From: Spirochaetota bacterium
GTDB lineage: Bacteria > Spirochaetota > UBA4802 > UBA5550
Reading direction: 5' to 3'
Assembly (NCBI GenBank): GCA_963664815.2
Contig: CAXXHB010000003.1
Location: 288,001-352,000, forward strand
DNA length: 64,000 bases
Part shown: piece by piece, positions 40,449 to 50,130 of the stretch
Layout: the number at the start of each line of letters is the position of its first letter
Position numbering within the stretch: position 1 is the stretch's first letter
Notes under the pieces: generated by a model
Seen by the model: the letters and a program-made list of their open reading frames with translations, nothing else
Database searches by the model: none
What the model was told of the DNA's origin: nothing
Program-made: the position numbers and the translations under genes

Positions 40449-41774
40449 CTAATAGCCGGGCAAAATAAATCTTTCATATATTTTTTTTACCCTGTCTGTC
40501 AACTGAACAGATACATAATCCTTTGAGTTAACTGCAGTTTTATATAGCCTGTATCCCTCGGCCTGACATCTTTTACACCCATCTACCGGTATTTCTATGC
40601 CGATACATGGGGGATTTATAGATGCAGTGGATTCTATCATCAGAACTCCGCGGCATTCATTGCATATCATGATATGTTCTTTCTGGCTTTCCTGAATGCC
40701 GTCTGTATCATAGTAAATGTTTTTATGCCTCACTGTATACTGCCCTACAGGCGCTCTTTGCAGATCTGGTTTAGGATTGAGATAGTTGTTAAGAACTGGT
40801 TCCTTAAGCCTGGAAATGTACTCCGTAACTTCATCCTCCTGCGGGTGATAGTTCAGGTCATAATCCGGTTCTTTGACGCATGAATAATCCATCCCAGCCA
40901 TTGCAAGGACAATCCCAAGGTTTACATATGGGAGAGCACCCTGTATTGAATATCCTCCTTCAAGTACGGCTATATGAGGATTGAGTTTTTCGTTAAGCAA
41001 TGCGTATCCGTGAGCAGTAAAATTCATGTTGGTAATAGGGTCTGTATAGTGATTATCCTGTCCAGCTGAATTTATGATTAATTCAGGTTTAAAATGTTCA
41101 AGAATAGGAAGAACCATATTGTCTATTGTATAAATGAAGCCCTCTTCGGAAGTGTTAGGGGGGAGGGGAATATTGATAGTTCTCCCTCTGGCATTCGGTC
41201 CTCCAAGTTCAACAAGGTGGCCGGAGCCGGGATAAAGGGTTCTCCCATCCTGATGTATTGATATAAACAGCACATCAGAGTCATGCCAGAAAATATCCTG
41301 AGTACCGTCGCCATGGTGACAGTCTGTATCAACTATTGCTATACGCCTTTTGCTGTAGTTTTCCCTGATATATTCGATCATTATTGCTTCGTTGTTGATG
41401 TTGCAGAAACCCCTGTTTCCGTGAACACATTTCATCGCATGATGACCGGGAGGACGCACAAGAGCGAATGCTTTTTCAACCTCGCCGTCCAGAACGGCAC
41501 GCGCCGCCCTGATTGCACCGCCGGCTGAAATCATGTGGGATTCCGTTATTACACTCTTTACATCCGGGAAACAGAAATGCGAGCGCATAACATCTGTATC
41601 TGACGCGATGTCCGGCTTAAGCTCTATAATTCCTTCAATATCGAAAATTCCCTCCTCCTTTAGCTGGTCCTGGGTATATAGAAGCCTCTCTTCTCTTTCC
41701 GGATGTGTTGGAGATATGGCCCAGTCATAAGCCGGGAAAAAAACAAGCCCTAATCTATTCTTTGCTTTCAGCAT
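40449..41774 (-). CDS. Histone deacetylase-family amidohydrolase with a Cys-containing C-terminal extension
   Basis: HPE, RPPGHHA, GFC, DTDCHHGDGTQ, SAGQD and LEGGY motifs. Confidence 0.9.
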   Translation of the reverse strand: MLKAKNRLGLVFFPAYDWAISPTHPEREERLLYTQDQLKEEGIFDIEGIIELKPDIASDTDVMRSHFCFPDVKSVITESHMISAGGAIRAARAVLDGEVEKAFALVRPPGHHAMKCVHGNRGFCNINNEAIMIEYIRENYSKRRIAIVDTDCHHGDGTQDIFWHDSDVLFISIHQDGRTLYPGSGHLVELGGPNARGRTINIPLPPNTSEEGFIYTIDNMVLPILEHFKPELIINSAGQDNHYTDPITNMNFTAHGYALLNEKLNPHIAVLEGGYSIQGALPYVNLGIVLAMAGMDYSCVKEPDYDLNYHPQEDEVTEYISRLKEPVLNNYLNPKPDLQRAPVGQYTVRHKNIYYDTDGIQESQKEHIMICNECRGVLMIESTASINPPCIGIEIPVDGCKRCQAEGYRLYKTAVNSKDYVSVQLTDRVKKIYERFILPGY

Positions 41775-41786
41775 ATTATTCCCTCT

Positions 41787-43445
41787 TTACAGTTTATACA
41801 GGTTCATAACAACTCCTGGTCTGACCTGACATTTGACCCGGATGTCATTTCCTGAAGAGTAGTAATCGTCTATCATCCGGAAACTCGATGATTCAACAAT
41901 ATCTATCTTAAGATCTCTTGAGTTATAACCCGAACTCTCAAGGAATTTTTTCGTATAGTTAACCGCATCATTCTCTGCTTCGTTGAGAGAATATCTTCTT
42001 GATACTTTTACTTCCACACCAAGATTTGGAATAACCATTTTTTCTTTACCTGTATCTGAAAAAAGTTCAGTTTCAAAAGTTGTACGTGCGAGCGCTGCCC
42101 CGATTGCATTGGCAACACTGTAGTTCGCGGGGACAACAATTTCTGTATCACTCTCCATTACTTTAGCAAGAGCAGCAGCCGGTCCTCCTATAATATATAT
42201 TTTTTTCGGAGCTATTTTTTCACCCTGGATCATCTCGTGAATTGTATAAACAGGTTTCTGGTTTATTTCCGACAGCTGTCGACTTATTTCATCTTTTATT
42301 TTTTTTACGCTGAATGCAATGGCTTTATCTGCAAGATCCGAAGGGCTTAACCCGTTCGTTTCTGCAAGTTTTTTTACTGCAGCGACAGATTTTGCTTTGT
42401 TCTCATGGTTTATTATACCTGCGAAGTTCATTGCGTCAACCAGTGTCGGGTGGGTTCCACCTTCTGATACGCTTGGACCTTTCCTTTCAGGGCCAGCTTT
42501 AACTACACCATTAACAACAGAGATGGCAGAGTCTCCCCCTATGCCTATTGATCTGTTTTGAAGTGAACGAACAAGTGTCGGTATACCTTCGAGTGAAATG
42601 CCATCCCTCTCCATAAGAGGAGCACCTGATGCGAAAACAGCGATATCAGTTGTCGTGCCACCAATATCAAGTATTACTGAATCTTCGGTTATTTTACTCA
42701 GGGCTATAATTCCCATAATGCTTGCGGCTGGACCCGAGAGGATCGATTCTACCGGAAGTGTTTTAGATACTTCTGCAGGCATTGTACCTCCATCTGCTTT
42801 GAGAATATTTACAGGTGCATCAATTCCCATACTGTCCAATGCTTTTGTGATAGAAGTAAGAAAGTTTGAATATATTCTCCATACGGCTGAATTATAATAT
42901 GCAGTTGCGGCTCTTCTGGGAAAGCTTAGCTGGCTTGACAGATTGTGACCTTCAGTAATAAAATCAGAATGACTTTTAAGTGAACCGGCAATTATTGATT
43001 CCTGGATACTGTTTCTGGTAGAAAATTTTGTTACTGCGGCATAAACTCTAATTCCGTTTTTAACACATTCATTTATTTTTTTTTCAAGAGAGGATGAGTC
43101 AAGTTTACGCACTTCACTTCCTCTGTGATTTATGGAACCATCTATAATATATGTATTGCTTCCTATCCTGAAATTCTCAGGGTCAATTCCGGGGCCGGAT
43201 GATATGAAGAGAGCTGTCTTTTCCAGTTTATTTTCTATAATTGCATTTGTTGAAAGGGTTGTGCTAAGGTTTATATTTTTTATCTGTTTTACATCTTTTC
43301 CTGCGGTAACTTCTTTCAGGGCAGTTGTTACAGTCTGGAGAAGGTTGTGAGTATCAGTTTTAGCTTTAAAAGTTGATTCAATGCCGTCATTACCTATCAG
43401 GACAGCATCAGTATGAGTTCCTCCTACATCGATCCCGAGCAGCAT
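41787..43445 (-). CDS. Hydantoinase/oxoprolinase A family protein
   Basis: GIDVGGTHTD, STTLSTNA, SGPAAS, DIGGTTTD, GIGGDS and ANAIGAA motifs. Confidence 0.9.
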   Translation of the reverse strand: MLLGIDVGGTHTDAVLIGNDGIESTFKAKTDTHNLLQTVTTALKEVTAGKDVKQIKNINLSTTLSTNAIIENKLEKTALFISSGPGIDPENFRIGSNTYIIDGSINHRGSEVRKLDSSSLEKKINECVKNGIRVYAAVTKFSTRNSIQESIIAGSLKSHSDFITEGHNLSSQLSFPRRAATAYYNSAVWRIYSNFLTSITKALDSMGIDAPVNILKADGGTMPAEVSKTLPVESILSGPAASIMGIIALSKITEDSVILDIGGTTTDIAVFASGAPLMERDGISLEGIPTLVRSLQNRSIGIGGDSAISVVNGVVKAGPERKGPSVSEGGTHPTLVDAMNFAGIINHENKAKSVAAVKKLAETNGLSPSDLADKAIAFSVKKIKDEISRQLSEINQKPVYTIHEMIQGEKIAPKKIYIIGGPAAALAKVMESDTEIVVPANYSVANAIGAALARTTFETELFSDTGKEKMVIPNLGVEVKVSRRYSLNEAENDAVNYTKKFLESSGYNSRDLKIDIVESSSFRMIDDYYSSGNDIRVKCQVRPGVVMNLYKL

Positions 43446-43799
43446 AGTTTATCTCCAGTAATAATTTTTTTAATGGATATAGTAATATTAGTGCATTTTC
43501 TTTACAGTTCAGATATAATTTTAAAAAACCACAGGGGATATTAATTTTTTACAGCGCCTGTGATATAGTGGAAAAAATTATCCATCTGTTTTTTAGTAAT
43601 AACAATATAAGTAAAATAGTATATGTCAAGGAAAAGAGAATAAATAAGATATCGTTTTAGTTGAAGAATTTTACCATTTTTGATTTAATAATTTTCAGGT
43701 TTAACATGGTCTGTTCTTTTATATAAAGAACAAAACCTGACCATTTTGTAATAATTGAGAAATACATCTCCTTAAACTCTGACGACTTTGGCAGTAGAT

Positions 43800-44843
43800 T
43801 TATGCGGTTTTCTTCTTCCTCTGGTTTTTTTTTTCATTTTTTGAGGAAATCTTTTTATTTGTATTCCTTAATTCTGCAGGAGTTTTTGATGTATGAACAA
43901 ATGGTTTGAATTTTTTCCCATGCTTATTTGTTTTTATTTGAGTGATATCTGGTATAAATTTTGTATTATCAGAAAGAATTTTTTTTATTCTTCCGGGATA
44001 ATCAATGATTGAGATTTGTTCCGCATTACCGGTATTTTTCTGTTCCGTTACTATTGGGTTATTCACCTGTAAGTTATTTGACGGAGTTTGACTGTTCTCA
44101 GCAACGGCGGCTCCACTCTGCTTGATAATGTGAGCAATTATACCTTTGTAACCTGTTTTTGTCATAAGGTAGCGGTGAATCTGGAAGTTGTTGGCAGAAG
44201 GTAGCGATTCCATCCTGGGTTCTATGGTCATTGCATATTTATATCCTGCATTTTTAAGTTCGTTTATGGCAATGGGGCTGTTCACTCCGAAAGGATAAAG
44301 CATTGTTTCAATTTTACGGTTAAGCTTTTCCTCGAGTATTTTTTTTGATAAATAAATCTCCTTTTTAAAACTGGCCGGTTCCTGGTTGTAGTATTTTTCT
44401 GATAAAAACATATGGTGGTATCCATGAGACGCAATGTAGCATCCATCTGCAGAAAGCTGTTTTACTTCATCCCAGGTCATTGCATAATGCATCCTGCTTA
44501 TAATCGCAGGATATATTCCAAGAAGAGGTTTTATCTCCATTGGTTTCATTATTGAATAATAGGCCTGGTAGACGCTTTTGTTTCCATCATCGATACTAAT
44601 AAGAATATTTTTATTGCCTGTAATTTTGTCATTGATGACATCTTCAAAAGTAACAAAGGTAAAACCACTGTTCTTAAGTTTATGGAGCTGTTCTCTGAAT
44701 ATTTCATTTGTGAAAGAATAGGGATCCTTTTTTTCCAGAAAAGCATGATAGCATAGAATATATACTCCCTTTGAATAGGAAGGGGCAGCAAAGATAAAAA
44801 AAATCAGGACTGAAGCCAGTGTTATGAAAGTTGTTTTTTTCAA
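43800..44843 (-). CDS. Polysaccharide deacetylase (IcaB/PgaB-like CE4), secreted
   Basis: ILCYH, ISIDDG, MTW, SHGYHH and YPFG motifs; TTG start; Lys-rich tail. Confidence 0.85.
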   Translation of the reverse strand: MKKTTFITLASVLIFFIFAAPSYSKGVYILCYHAFLEKKDPYSFTNEIFREQLHKLKNSGFTFVTFEDVINDKITGNKNILISIDDGNKSVYQAYYSIMKPMEIKPLLGIYPAIISRMHYAMTWDEVKQLSADGCYIASHGYHHMFLSEKYYNQEPASFKKEIYLSKKILEEKLNRKIETMLYPFGVNSPIAINELKNAGYKYAMTIEPRMESLPSANNFQIHRYLMTKTGYKGIIAHIIKQSGAAVAENSQTPSNNLQVNNPIVTEQKNTGNAEQISIIDYPGRIKKILSDNTKFIPDITQIKTNKHGKKFKPFVHTSKTPAELRNTNKKISSKNEKKNQRKKKTA

Positions 44844-44965
44844 GGGAGATCTCTCTTTATGTATTATATACTTTTATAATCGAAAAAAAATATTATTTAC
44901 TCAAGTAAAACTGTTTAATATGATTAAAATCAGGTATTTTTCCAGAAAATATTCGTTACTTTTAT

Positions 44966-45541
44966 TTAAAATCCTTCCGGCAGGCCGGTGGTTTTGTTAT
45001 TTTCCTTTTCTTTTAATTCTTTCTGAAGCCTGGCATCTACATTAGTTTTAATTTTGCTTTTTCTTTCATCTAGCTCAGCGGCATATGCGGCATCTATTTT
45101 GATAACATTTTTTTCAAGGATACCCAGATATAACTCAGTTTCAGGGAGTATATGCTTCTGTATATAATTTGAGTTTGCCCAATTTTTCTTTTTTATAAAG
45201 TAGTTCATTTTCCATACCTGAATTTCTCTGACCTGAATTATTTTTTCATAAAATAACTCGATTTCTTTAACATCGTGTTTAAGAAGTATTTTTTCCATGG
45301 CTGGAGACTTTGCAGTTATCTCTTTGTCGGTAAATTTTCCATTTATAAAAACATAATCAATTTCAATATCAGGATCAAATCCGTATTTGAAATTAATGGA
45401 TGAGGTGGTTTCATCAAGCATTACTTTTTCAGTTTCTGAGAAAAGTTTACTCTCTTTTTTTGAAATCATTATCCAGAATGAAGAGTTGCATTCAAGCAGC
45501 ATTAGTGGTAAAATCATTAATGTCAATAGTTTAATTCGCAT
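44966..45541 (-). CDS. Hypothetical (lipo)protein
   Basis: 191 aa; signal with LLEC; SD GGAG; 12 nt downstream of the NeuB-family gene. Confidence 0.65.
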   Translation of the reverse strand: MRIKLLTLMILPLMLLECNSSFWIMISKKESKLFSETEKVMLDETTSSINFKYGFDPDIEIDYVFINGKFTDKEITAKSPAMEKILLKHDVKEIELFYEKIIQVREIQVWKMNYFIKKKNWANSNYIQKHILPETELYLGILEKNVIKIDAAYAAELDERKSKIKTNVDARLQKELKEKENNKTTGLPEGF

Positions 45542-45553
45542 TATATACTCCGT

Positions 45554-46585
45554 TTATTCAAGGTATTCCCATTTAATCAATGAACCTTCGTTTATATCAA
45601 CTCTTGCTTTTTTACCGGTTATATCATCTATCCTGTTGGGAGATATGCCGATTCCAGGTCTCAGTGCAATAATCGAATTCTCATTAATGATGTCTCCGGT
45701 GGATATTTTTTTTAAAGCAAAAAGGCTTTTTCTTGCAGCAAGAGCTGTACCTGTCTCTCTTCCCGAATATTTAATTTTTCCGTCACCAAGCATTGCGACT
45801 GCGTCTTTGACTTTTTCTGTCATTTCCCTGAAACTTTCCGCTGTAAGCGAAACGTCTTTATCGGGGCAATCATGATTTTTATCAATCATGAAATGTTTTT
45901 CGATGACAGAAGCGCCTAAGGCTGCAGCAATTACTGACGATTCATATCCGGAGGTATGATCTGATAACCCTACAGGCACATTGAACCTGTTTTTCAGTGA
46001 AACTATACGCGAGAGGTTTGTCTCCTCCTTTTTTGCCGGGTAAATTGAAACACAGTGGAGCAATAATGTCTCACTATTTCCGGCTTCCTTCAGGTTTCTG
46101 AGAGATATTTCTATATCGCTTTCGGATGTCATTCCTGTTGAAAGGAGAACCGGCTTTTTTGTAGCGCCGACTTTTCTTACAAGCGGGGTGTTTGTCACTT
46201 CTGACGAGGCAATTTTATAAAGTTTTACTCCCAGTTTTTCAAGGAGTTCAACCGATTCAATATCAAAGGGGGCGGAAAAAAATTCAGTATGACATTTTTC
46301 GGAGACATTTTTCAGATTTTCCCACTGGCCGGGAGTAAAAGTAAATTTTCTGAAAAAATCAATAATACTGTAATCGGGATTCTTTTCGCTGCCATTTTTC
46401 AGCAGTGAAGATGTATATGGTGAATTCATTTTTTCCGGGATAAATGTCTGAAACTTTACTGCATCAGCTCCGGATTCAGCAGCCCTGACAATCATTTCCT
46501 CCGCAAGTAACGGATCGCCATTATGGTTAAGCCCGATTTCTGCGATGAATATTATTTTCTTATTATTAAAGATTTCGTTAAACAT
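45554..46585 (-). CDS. N-acetylneuraminate synthase (NeuB) family protein with SAF domain
   Basis: IAEIGLNHNGD, ADAVKFQ, KIASSE, LSTGM, LHCVSIYP, GLSDHT and IEKHF motifs. Confidence 0.92.
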   Translation of the reverse strand: MFNEIFNNKKIIFIAEIGLNHNGDPLLAEEMIVRAAESGADAVKFQTFIPEKMNSPYTSSLLKNGSEKNPDYSIIDFFRKFTFTPGQWENLKNVSEKCHTEFFSAPFDIESVELLEKLGVKLYKIASSEVTNTPLVRKVGATKKPVLLSTGMTSESDIEISLRNLKEAGNSETLLLHCVSIYPAKKEETNLSRIVSLKNRFNVPVGLSDHTSGYESSVIAAALGASVIEKHFMIDKNHDCPDKDVSLTAESFREMTEKVKDAVAMLGDGKIKYSGRETGTALAARKSLFALKKISTGDIINENSIIALRPGIGISPNRIDDITGKKARVDINEGSLIKWEYLE

Positions 46586-46837
46586 TGTTTCCTGTGGTGA
46601 ACAGCTTATTCTTTAAGAACAGTTCATGATTCATGCTGCTATGAAATAATTCCTGCGGGTAATTTCAAGACTTTTTTATTGTTTGACAATATGGTTTTTA
46701 AAAGTTAATTTTATAAACAATGCTGATTATCTGGAATAATTTATACATTGCTGCAATGCAGCAGGAGGATCATTAATTACATTAAAATATGTCTGCGAAT
46801 TATTAATGGAACAGCAACCCTTTATTCCGGAGGAGAT

Positions 46838-48328
46838 ATGTCTGGTAAAGAATTTATATTGGCAATAGATCTTGGAACAACTGGTAATAGAGTTTTCTGC
46901 TTTGACAGAAAAGGTAAAACTCTATCCAGTTCATATAGCGAATTTACTCAGTTTTTCCCGCGTCCCGGCTGGGTTGAGCACGATGCGCTTGAAATATGGA
47001 ATTCAGTTGTACATCTGATTCCTGAAGCAATATTAAACGGTAAACTTGATCCGGTTAACATAATCGCAATAGGTATAACAAACCAGAGGGAAACGACATT
47101 GCTGTGGGATGCTGAATCTGGAAAACCTGTTTATAATGCAATTGTCTGGCAGTGCCGCAGAACGACCGATATATGCAATCACCTGAAAGAACAGGGGTAT
47201 GAGCAATTGTTCCGGGGGAAAACCGGACTTGTCATTGACCCCTATTTTTCCGGAACTAAGATTAAATGGATGTTCGATAACGTTCTTGATGCACGTTCTC
47301 TTGCAAAAAAGGGGAGGCTTAAATTCGGGACCATTGACACCTGGATATTGTGGAAACTGACAGGGGGGAAAGCGCACACCACTGATTATACAAACGCATC
47401 CAGAACACTTATCTTTGATATTAAAGATAAGAAGTGGTCTGCTGAATTGTGTGAAATTCTTGATATACCCCTGAATATACTTCCGCATGTCCAACCCTCT
47501 GCGAGTGTTTTTGGAAAAACATCAGGATGCCCCGGCTTGCCGGACGGAATTATAATTGGCGGTATTGCCGGAGATCAGCAGGCAGCTATGGTCGGGCAGA
47601 ATTGTGTTTTTCCGGGCACAACGAAAAATACATATGGCACCGGATGCTTTATGCTTTTTAACAATGGTTCGGATTATATAATTTCTTCGAATGGTCTTTT
47701 AACAACTCTTACTCCGGATAATATGGGTAATCCTGTTTATGCACTTGAAGGATCGGTTTTTATCGGCGGAGCAGTGATGCAATGGCTGAGAGATTATATG
47801 AAATTTTTTGATAACTCAAAGGAATCTGAGGGGATGGCGTCTTCTTTATCTGGTAAAGAGGATGAGGTTGTCTTTGTGCCCGCATTTGTCGGGCTTGGGG
47901 CCCCTTACTGGAACATGGATGCAAGGGGAGCAATTTTCGGATTAACAAGGGATACTACAAGAGAACAGATAGTAAGGGCTGCATTGAAATCTATTGCGTT
48001 TCAATCAATGGAGGTTATACACTCTATGGAACAGGACACAATGAAGAAAATATCAGAGTTGAGAGTGGATGGAGGTGCTACGGAAAACAGGTTCCTTATG
48101 CAGTTTCAGTCGGATATTCTGGATGTTCCGGTTCTTATCCCTGAAATCAGGGAATCCACAGCCCTTGGTGTTGCATATCTTGCGGGTTTGACTGCCTGTG
48201 TATTCGGCAGTATTGGCGAAATTGCAAAGGAGAATGGAATTATAAAGAAGTATGAACCGGTTATGAATAATGATGAAAGGGAGCGGCATCATGATTTATG
48301 GAAAAAAACTGTTGCAAGACTTTTATAA
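46838..48328 (+). CDS. glpK: Glycerol kinase
   Basis: AIDLGTTG, GITNQRET, DPYFSGTK, GDQQAA, KNTYGTGCF and RVDGGA motifs. Confidence 0.96.
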   Translation: MSGKEFILAIDLGTTGNRVFCFDRKGKTLSSSYSEFTQFFPRPGWVEHDALEIWNSVVHLIPEAILNGKLDPVNIIAIGITNQRETTLLWDAESGKPVYNAIVWQCRRTTDICNHLKEQGYEQLFRGKTGLVIDPYFSGTKIKWMFDNVLDARSLAKKGRLKFGTIDTWILWKLTGGKAHTTDYTNASRTLIFDIKDKKWSAELCEILDIPLNILPHVQPSASVFGKTSGCPGLPDGIIIGGIAGDQQAAMVGQNCVFPGTTKNTYGTGCFMLFNNGSDYIISSNGLLTTLTPDNMGNPVYALEGSVFIGGAVMQWLRDYMKFFDNSKESEGMASSLSGKEDEVVFVPAFVGLGAPYWNMDARGAIFGLTRDTTREQIVRAALKSIAFQSMEVIHSMEQDTMKKISELRVDGGATENRFLMQFQSDILDVPVLIPEIRESTALGVAYLAGLTACVFGSIGEIAKENGIIKKYEPVMNNDERERHHDLWKKTVARLL

Positions 48329-48411
48329 AATTGACTGTAGAGCTTGATTTATAGTATAAGTGTATATATTATAATTATATAAATAGTTTACGGATTGTCC
48401 GGAGGAATTAA

Positions 48412-48609
48412 ATGTCAAAACCATTACTGGGAGAGATGCTGGTTGAAAATGGTGTAATTACGCAGGAACAGATGAAAAAAGCACTTGAAATACAGCATAG
48501 TGAAGGTGGTCTTATAGGTATTATTCTCGTTTCGCAGGGTATTATTTCGGAGCAGAAGCTTGTTGAATATCTCGCGATGCAGGCAAAAATTGTAACTAAT
48601 TCGGAATAA
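48412..48609 (+). CDS. Stand-alone MshEN-domain protein (65 aa)
   Basis: Tandem LLGEMLVENGVITQEQMKKALEIQ / LIGIILVSQGIISEQKLVEYLAMQ; SD GGAGG. Confidence 0.85.
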   Translation: MSKPLLGEMLVENGVITQEQMKKALEIQHSEGGLIGIILVSQGIISEQKLVEYLAMQAKIVTNSE

Positions 48610-48623
48610 ACAGGTATAAATGC

Positions 48624-48661
48624 CGTTGTATAAAAATGCAATTCAGTATTTTTATACAACG
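48624..48661. terminator. 14-bp inverted repeat between convergent genes
   Basis: CGTTGTATAAAAAT...ATTTTTATACAACG. Confidence 0.6.
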
Positions 48662-48674
48662 AAAATAATAAAAG

Positions 48675-49700
48675 CTATTTCACTTCATGCAGCCAGTTAA
48701 ACTTATCTTCTATTTCTCCATATTGAATACCTGTAAGATTCCGGTATAATTTTGTTATAACCGGTCCGGCTGTCTCATCATTGCCGAATCTGTAGTCCTG
48801 TCCATTATAATGAATCATTGTAACAGGGGTAACTACAGCTGCAGTTCCACAGGCGCCTATTTCGTCAAATCCGGCAATTTCATCGATGACAACAGGTCGC
48901 CTTTCAATATTCATTCCGAGGCTTTCAGCGATTTTTAAGAGACTGTCGTTGGTTATACTGCCCAGAATACTTTTTGATTCAGGGGTTATATATGTATTCC
49001 CTTTTATTGCAATAAAATTAGATGTAGTGAATTCATCGATATATTTTTTTTCTTTTGGGTCAAGATGGAGTACAACCGGAAAACCCTTCTTTTTCCCATA
49101 TTCAGCTGCTGCCAGTCCGGCGGCATAATTTCCTCCAACTTTACAGTCTCCGACTCCATCCGGTGCCGCTCTGTCAAACTGTGATGCTACAAGAGCTTTA
49201 ACCGGTGTGAGCCCGCCTTTATAATAAGGACCAACAGGTGTAACAAAAATAAGGAATACATATTCTTCAGCAGCTCCGAGTCCAACCTTTGCGCCGGTTC
49301 CAATGATAAGAGGTCTCAGATACAAACTGGCACCTGTTCCATAGGGGGGAACAAATTTTTTATTTGCAGCGACTACTTTTGTCACGGCATCAATAAACAT
49401 TTCTCTGCTCATTGGAGGAATGGAGATTCTTACAGATGTTTTCTGTATTCGTTTCCAGTTTTCCTCAGGCCTGAATATGACAATTCTTCCATCTTTAGTC
49501 TCAAAGGCTTTCATCCCTTCAAAACATTCCTGCCCGTAATGCAGACATGGGGCTGCCATATGCATTGTGATATTCTCATCACTCACGAGTTCCCCGTCAG
49601 ACCATTTGCCATTACTGTAATAGTACCTGATGTTGAAATCTGTTTTTACATATCCAAACGGGAGGTCCGACCATTTAAGATCAGCATGTTCTCTGCTCAT
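48675..49700 (-). CDS. ilvE: Branched-chain amino acid aminotransferase
   Basis: LHYGQECFEGMKA, LYLRP, KVGGNYAA, ILGSIT and CGTAAVVTP motifs. Confidence 0.95.
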   Translation of the reverse strand: MSREHADLKWSDLPFGYVKTDFNIRYYYSNGKWSDGELVSDENITMHMAAPCLHYGQECFEGMKAFETKDGRIVIFRPEENWKRIQKTSVRISIPPMSREMFIDAVTKVVAANKKFVPPYGTGASLYLRPLIIGTGAKVGLGAAEEYVFLIFVTPVGPYYKGGLTPVKALVASQFDRAAPDGVGDCKVGGNYAAGLAAAEYGKKKGFPVVLHLDPKEKKYIDEFTTSNFIAIKGNTYITPESKSILGSITNDSLLKIAESLGMNIERRPVVIDEIAGFDEIGACGTAAVVTPVTMIHYNGQDYRFGNDETAGPVITKLYRNLTGIQYGEIEDKFNWLHEVK

Positions 49701-50130
49701 TTTAATACTCCTGATATATGAAAAATATGTGGCATTGCCCGGTAATTTCAGTATAAAACGCACCTATTCAACATGCTGTTTATACTGAAAATTATCACTG
49801 ACGCCATGGCCTGGCGGGAATGAGGACTTTTTTGTGACAATCCATGTTTATAAATCAGCTGCCGCAAGTAACATGAACTGTTATATAGTATTTCAGACAT
49901 TGAATAGTATATTATTATACCTGAAGCTTAATATGACATGTTTTATCACAATATTTGTCAAGTATTAAGAGAGTGAGTATAGTGATAACATTAAATATTT
50001 TAAAATTTCTTGACTAATTGCTGTCTGTTTATTTTTGTATTTTCATAATATTGCTATATTCATAATAACCGAAATCTGACAGACATATTGCGGAATAAGC
50101 TATTATAAATTTAAATTAAGGAGTCTGGTC

